A stretch of DNA of 14,537 bases from the NCBI RefSeq assembly GCF_006345805.1, contig NW_021825801.1, positions 1 through 14,537 of the forward strand, read 5' to 3'. Shown here piece after piece: positions 9,501-14,537 of the stretch. The stretch's first letter is position 1; each line of letters opens with the position of its first letter. The notes under the pieces were generated by a model. The model was given only the letters and a program-made list of their open reading frames with translations. It was not told the DNA's origin and made no database searches. The translations under genes and the position numbers were made by a program. This DNA comes from Octopus sinensis (taxonomy: Eukaryota).

Positions 9501-9671
9501 AAATTCCATCCTGGTATTTTTGCTATTATAATATTTATCTCTTATTATTTTGGTATAACCATGATGCAAACTTGAAAATCTGACTCACTAGTCAGTATCA
9601 TTAAACAGTAGCCGGCATATTGAAATAAGAGATGCACACCCCTAACATTAGCTATACGAATTTAAAAGATA

Positions 9672-10040
9672 TACTCTTTTACTCTTTTACTTGTTTCAGT
9701 CATTTGACAGTGGCCATGCTGGAGCACCGCCTTTAGTCGAGCAATCGCCCCCAGGACTTATTCTTGTAAGCCCAGTACTTATTTATCGTCTCTTTTGCCG
9801 AACCGCTAAGTGACGGGGACTTAAACACACCAGCATCGGTTTGTCAAGCAATGCTAGGGGGACAAGCACAGACACACAAACATATACACACACACTTATA
9901 TATATATATACATATATACGACAGGCTTCTTTCAGTTTCCGTCTACCAAATCCACTCACAAGGCATTGGTTGGCCTGGGGCTATAGCAGAAGACACTTGC
10001 CCAAGATGCCACGCAGTGGGACTGAACCCGGAACCATATG

Positions 10041-10042
<2 letters not shown>
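9672..10042 (-). mobile_element. tRNA-derived SINE with CORE-like body and LINE-derived 3' end; A box missing
   Basis: Minus strand: B-box-like GGTTCAGTCCC (10028-10018), CORE-like CTTGGGCAAGTG, internal (TG/TA)n, 3' end GGCGGTGCTCCAGCATGGCCAC...CTGAAAC (9731-9693) matching the LINE 3' UTRs, (GTAAAAGA)n tail. The 5' end abuts (TA)n at 10044-10071. Confidence 0.85.
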
Positions 10043-10071
<29 letters not shown>

Positions 10072-11601
10072 CCATAAAAACCATGTAGTTTATGTACTTT
10101 TTTTTTGCCAAAATAAAAATAAACTTTAGGGGGTGTATAAATTACATGAGTAGATTGTTTCCAGAATATTTTTTGAAATTGTTTTTGTTGCAAAAAGACG
10201 TACAAAACATAAACATTCATACCGGAAGATGACTCATTTCATGTCAGAAAGGGTTTTACAGAAAAAATAATGGCTTAAATATGAAGTCGACTTTTATTTA
10301 TGCTGGACAGTATAATGCTTACTTTTTCTGTATAAATTTACTAAAACCGTTTTCACTACTTTTTGAAGTCTGACATTCATGCTAGTAAACACAGTCCAGG
10401 TCATATTTTACATTGCTTGGAGTTTCTACCTATAACAATGGAGCACCATTGACATACATAATGATATGGATATTCCTTCCTGAAAAAAATGTAATGATAT
10501 GGATAATCTTGATTGTTTTTATTTATGTCTGTTTATTACTAAGCACAGTTTTAAGTTTGTTGTACTGTTTACGCCAATGTCAAACATTAGCTCTATTGCA
10601 ACATTCAAATGCATATTCAACATATTAAATTTCTCCTTCGCAGGTAATGGTAATGACAAATTTTAAAGTTTGCTTGACATTTTATAAGTATGAAAGGGAT
10701 AAAACTTTTGATAATCCGTATCAAAGGTTCTGACAAGAATAGCCGGAAAAGAATTCTGTTTATATAATCAGTTTGATTGGTCACCTCCCTCTGTTGGTTG
10801 AGTACAGTGTCATCTAAGCTGATGTTTATTGATAATTAAACTTAATTTGCAACAGTTGTTCATATTTATCAGCTTTGGTTTTGTTGGTAATTCTTCTCAA
10901 CAACTATTCTTCTGATTGTGATTTGAGAAGACATACAGCAGTATGCTAAAGATCGGGCATAATCACATACACGCAAACACACACATATACAGGTACAGAT
11001 ACATATACTTCCAGTTTCATTGAGGAAAGACGTGCTTTTTCCTTCTCCTGAAACAAACACGACAGATTGCCTAAATCGACGAAAAAATCTGCTAAAACTG
11101 AGAAAAATGTAGTACTCGTTATTTCATAATAGTCTACTATAATATATCGATTAAAAATACGTAATATATTACACTAAAAGTTAAATATAGTACATTAAGG
11201 TCAGTGACACAAGCTAGAATTACCATCGAAAAACCACGTGTGACAAATCGTACTCCATTTACTGCCACATGTAAGAAGCAAAAAAGGATTGTTTTTGGAA
11301 GAAAACTTCGTACAAGAACACGGATTTTAAATTTTACCTCTTGCAAGTAAGTATCCTAATCATTTGTTTATTTTCTTTTATCTTTGGTAATGCCGGATGA
11401 AAATTTGAGTTACGACATCGTTTTTGTTTACTTTCTGAGAATTGTCACTATAATTTCCATTGAACTTTTATCACAGCAACCTCTTCACTTTCATTCTATT
11501 TGAAAACTAGAAATCAATATGAAACCCATTTCTTTTCACTATCGTTTCTTTTTTTCACTTTATCTCTTTAGAATTATAAATCCTATTTAGAATTATAAAT
11601 T

Positions 11602-12226
11602 TTGTTTTTCATTTTCCTACACATCTTTGTTACCTGCTCCCACTCTCTCTTACATACTACCTCTTCCTCTCTCCATCCCTCACATATATTCTTTCCTTTC
11701 CCGCTCCTCCCTCCCTTCCTTTATTTCTCTTTACACCTACTTCTTTCACTCTCTCTTCCATGTTTTCCTCTTTTTCTCATCTCCCTCCTTCCCTTTCATA
11801 TCTTTCTCCTTTTCTCACTTCTCTTTCCTTTCCTTTGTCTCTCTCAACATCTACCTCTCCTCCTGTCACCTCACACTCTCCTTCATATACTTCTCATTTT
11901 CCCATTCTTCTTACTCCGTTTCTCCCTTTCCCTCACATCCTTCATCTTTTCCCGTCTCTCCCTCATTCTGTCTCCCTATCACTTCCCATCCCCTCCCTCC
12001 CTCTGTCTCTCTTTCTCTTCCCCTCCTCTACCTCACTCTCTCTTTTACTCCCGCTTCTCTACTTCCCTCTGTTTCGCTAACACCCCACACCTCCTCTCTC
12101 TTTCTTTCATATCACCCACTCTCCTTCATATCACCTCTCTCTTTCCTTCATATCTCCCTCTCTCTTTTCCTATTCCCTCCTCTGTGTTTCTTCTTTCTTA
12201 TCTCCCTCTATCCTTACTCCCCCTCT
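11602..12226. repeat. About 625 bp CT-rich polypyrimidine low-complexity tract
   Basis: Overwhelmingly C/T on the + strand with very few G and no fixed period. Confidence 0.95.
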
Positions 12227-12492
12227 GGATTTAAAGAACGAAGATGGCACCAAAGTGGGAGAAGACAAAATTGAATCTTCTGTTGCGAGCATGGATGATT
12301 GCTAGTGGCGATCCACCAAACATCATCACTGGTGCACTGATCATATATATATATGATCGGTGTCCTTATGCTTACAAAGGGAAGGTAAGCACCACAGGAA
12401 ATGTGTCAAGGCTGAAAGAAAGCGTTGCTGCTTCCTAAGGCTAAATAGGACTGTCACATTAAGTTGACAGTATACAACTACTTTATATACAT

Positions 12493-12737
12493 ATCATCAT
12501 CATCATCGTTAAAACGTCCGTTTTCCCGCTAGCACGGTTGGACGGTTTCGACCGGGTCTGGGGAGCTCGGGACTGCCCCAGGCTCCAGTCCTAGTCTGGC
12601 AGTGTTTTCTACAGCTGGATGCCCTTCCTAAACGCCAACCACTCCGCGAGTGTAGTGGGTGCTTTTTTACGTGCCACCTGCACAGGTGCCAGAGGGGGTC
12701 TGGCATCGGCCACGTTCGGATGGTGCTTTTTATGTGT
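12493..12737 (-). mobile_element. SINE or non-autonomous retroelement with RTE-related segments; 5' part missing
   Basis: (GAT)5 tail at 12493-12507 on the minus strand, preceded by GGACGTTTTAAC and a GCTAGC-centred hairpin. Contains the block GGTTGGCGTTTAGGAAGGGCATCCAGCTGTAGAAA, which I recall from RTE 5'-UTR-derived (Ceph-domain-like) SINE bodies. Internal repeat GGTGCTTTTT occurs twice. Confidence 0.7.
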
Positions 12738-12957
12738 GGGGGGGGGGCAGAAAAATATAGGGGAGCACCAGTGGGAGGGGTGGTTCAGAGAAATGATTAC
12801 AGGTTCTAGGCAAGTAGAATTTAGGATATCGAGAGAGGGGTAATGCATGTGAAATAGCGTATTGAAGAGGGGGGTTCGAAGTATACACCTATAATGGTGG
12901 TGGGAGCGACATCCGGTATAGATGGAGCAAAATATAGAGATATCCGGTATTGGTAGT

Positions 12958-12975
12958 GGGGGTGGGAGGGCGGGG
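12958..12975 (+). other. Canonical G-quadruplex motif overlapping a GC box
   Basis: GGGGG-T-GGG-A-GGG-C-GGGG: four G-runs with 1-nt loops; includes GGGCGG. Confidence 0.6.
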
Positions 12976-12985
12976 CGCACCGCGC

Positions 12986-13235
12986 ATTGGGAGATGAGGT
13001 TTTAGAGGCGGCAGAAAGAAGACAGGATTGAGATGAAATGCTTTGCGGTGGTGTGGAATAAGTTTTGTGGTGAAAGTTTTTATGCTTCAGCTAGCATTTG
13101 AGACGAAAGACAACGATAACGCTATTAATGGGGATACAATAATAATAAGGCTTGCAAAAACAATAAAAGAGGAACAGGTCGGGAACTTTGCTGATGTTTT
13201 TTCATCCTGCGGAAGCGAGTGAAGGTGAGATATAT

Positions 13236-13292
<57 letters not shown>

Positions 13293-13532
13293 CCGTGAAA
13301 ACAAGTGGAGAACCGACACCACATAGCGAGGAGAGAATTGGGAGATGAGGTTTTAGGGCGGCAGAAAGAAACAGGGTTGAATGAAATGCTTTGCGGTGGT
13401 GTGGAATAAGTTTTTTGTGAGTGAAAGTTTTTATGCTTCTCAGCTAGCATTTGAGACGAAAGACAACGATAACGCTATTAGATGGGGATACAATAATAAT
13501 AAGGCTTGCAAAAACAATGAAAGAGGAAACAG
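12986..13532 (+). repeat. About 190 bp direct duplication (12986-13177 and 13337-13532)
   Basis: Both copies run ATTGGGAGATGAGGTTTTAG...GAGACGAAAGACAACGATAACGCTATTA...AAAGAGGAA(A)CAG. They differ by about 2 substitutions and several 1-2 nt indels. Confidence 0.95.
13239..13292. repeat. (GA)n microsatellite
   Basis: Read directly; one GATA interruption. Confidence 0.97.
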
Positions 13533-13553
13533 ATATATATATATATATATATA

Positions 13554-14537
13554 TCTTATATAAAAGGCAGATTTTATCTGCCTCCCTTTGGGAGTTATAG
13601 AAATCTACAATATAGGATTTCTTCAATTACAATTTACCTAGCAGTTTTAAGAGTAGAATGCATCGGGTCATGTCAGGTCCAGTTTTTAAAATTTAAACTC
13701 CAATTAAGCAAAATTTACAGAAAACTCACATTCTGGTGTGTGTGTCAAATGCTTTTCTTAATGTGGTTTACACCACACGCACACACACAGTGTGCAACGA
13801 ATAAAATGAAAGTAAATAGCGACAGAGTGATTTGAGGAAGACTAAACTGAAAGTATTTAAACCACTACTCAAAAATAAAAAAACACAGCAAACAGAAACA
13901 AATAAATACATAACGATTTACTCCTCACACAATTTCTTCAATTAGAGTGTACCCATGATTTTTCAGAGTACTTCAGTGGGTGATGCCATAAAAAATTTCT
14001 TTCAATTTTACCACCAATTAAGACAAAATTCGAGAAAACTCAATATTTTAACATTTCACTCCGAAAGCATTGATGTACATGTGTGCGTGCGTGAGTGTGT
14101 GTGTGTGTGTGTGTTTGATGGGTTGTGCGACACAGAAAGTGTGGTGTGTAAGTGAAGTGCTTTTGTTAGTGTGTGTAAAGAGACAGACAGAGTGAAAGAC
14201 AGAAATAAGCGCGCGTAATTGAAAGTTTTCACTATGATATCATCACGTGCGAAAAAATTCGAAGGGTTTTGAACAATTGAGATACAGATGTCACGCCTGT
14301 ATTGAAACCATTGCTAAGCTGCCATAATTGCTTAATTAAGACTTTGTTTAAATTGAAAGGGGCAAATATGTGACGAGGTTGAAAAAAAATACCCCAGAAA
14401 AAAAAATGTACTGCTGGTATTTATATAATTCACTACTATTTTGCTACAATGTCGTGAAAAAGAAAAAATTTAGATATGTAAATCGAATTCGCCACCCCCT
14501 TTTCCCCATTCGCGTTTGTGTAAAAAAAAATTATTAT
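13554..14537 (+). mobile_element. Possible non-autonomous Helitron-like element (5' end only; 3' end not identified)
   Basis: Starts A|TCTTATATAAAA at the edge of a (TA)n run (Helitrons start with TC after an A), followed by subterminal hairpins. Non-coding, with internal CA/GT microsatellites. No 3' hairpin-CTRR seen, so the extent is uncertain. Confidence 0.4.
14081..14114. repeat. (GT)n microsatellite
   Basis: Read directly. Confidence 0.9.

Noticed and set aside
9990-10042. tRNA gene
   Set aside because: Only a B-box-like remnant of a SINE head; no cloverleaf and no A box.
11332-11352. Splice-donor-like CAA|GTAAGT (+) and GAG|GTAAAA (-)
   Set aside because: No convincing upstream exon or open frame on either strand.
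11567-11600. 15-bp direct repeat TTTAGAATTATAAAT
   Set aside because: A simple local tandem duplication with a 4-nt spacer; there is no element between the copies, so it is not a TSD.
11602-12274. 210-215 aa L/S/F/P-rich ORFs resembling membrane proteins
   Set aside because: They are an artefact of the CT tract; all three frames stay open because stop codons need A/G.

Overview
This is eukaryotic, AT-rich, repeat-dominated non-genic or intronic DNA. The repeat families and the very long (TA)n arrays resemble octopus/cephalopod DNA (my inference from recalled repeat families; no search was run). No host gene, RNA gene or CRISPR array is supported. Contents: two tail-to-tail copies of a CR1-group LINE (1-2161 +, 2606-3710 -), about 3.6 kb of degenerate (TA)n, a decayed RTE LINE, a probable Penelope-like remnant, two SINEs, a long CT tract, a ~190 bp direct duplication and a possible Helitron. 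The main finding is a cluster of type I hammerhead ribozyme motifs between 6.7 and 9.5 kb. Two are complete (7276-7356 -, 8068-8168 -), with short stems I and III and unusually long stem II arms closing large loops. One is CpG-decayed (9393-9486 +), one is degenerate (7707-7742 -), and one has lost its 5' half to an inverted duplication (6720-6740 -). Several sit in short non-coding elements inserted in (TA)n, which suggests a Penelope-mobilised, retrozyme-like system. Second finding: the RT segment missing from LINE copy 1 begins exactly where LINE copy 2 starts, at an 8-bp inverted repeat, suggesting a 2.2 kb inversion. Third finding: the SINE at 9.7-10.0 kb shares its two-hairpin 3' end with these LINEs.
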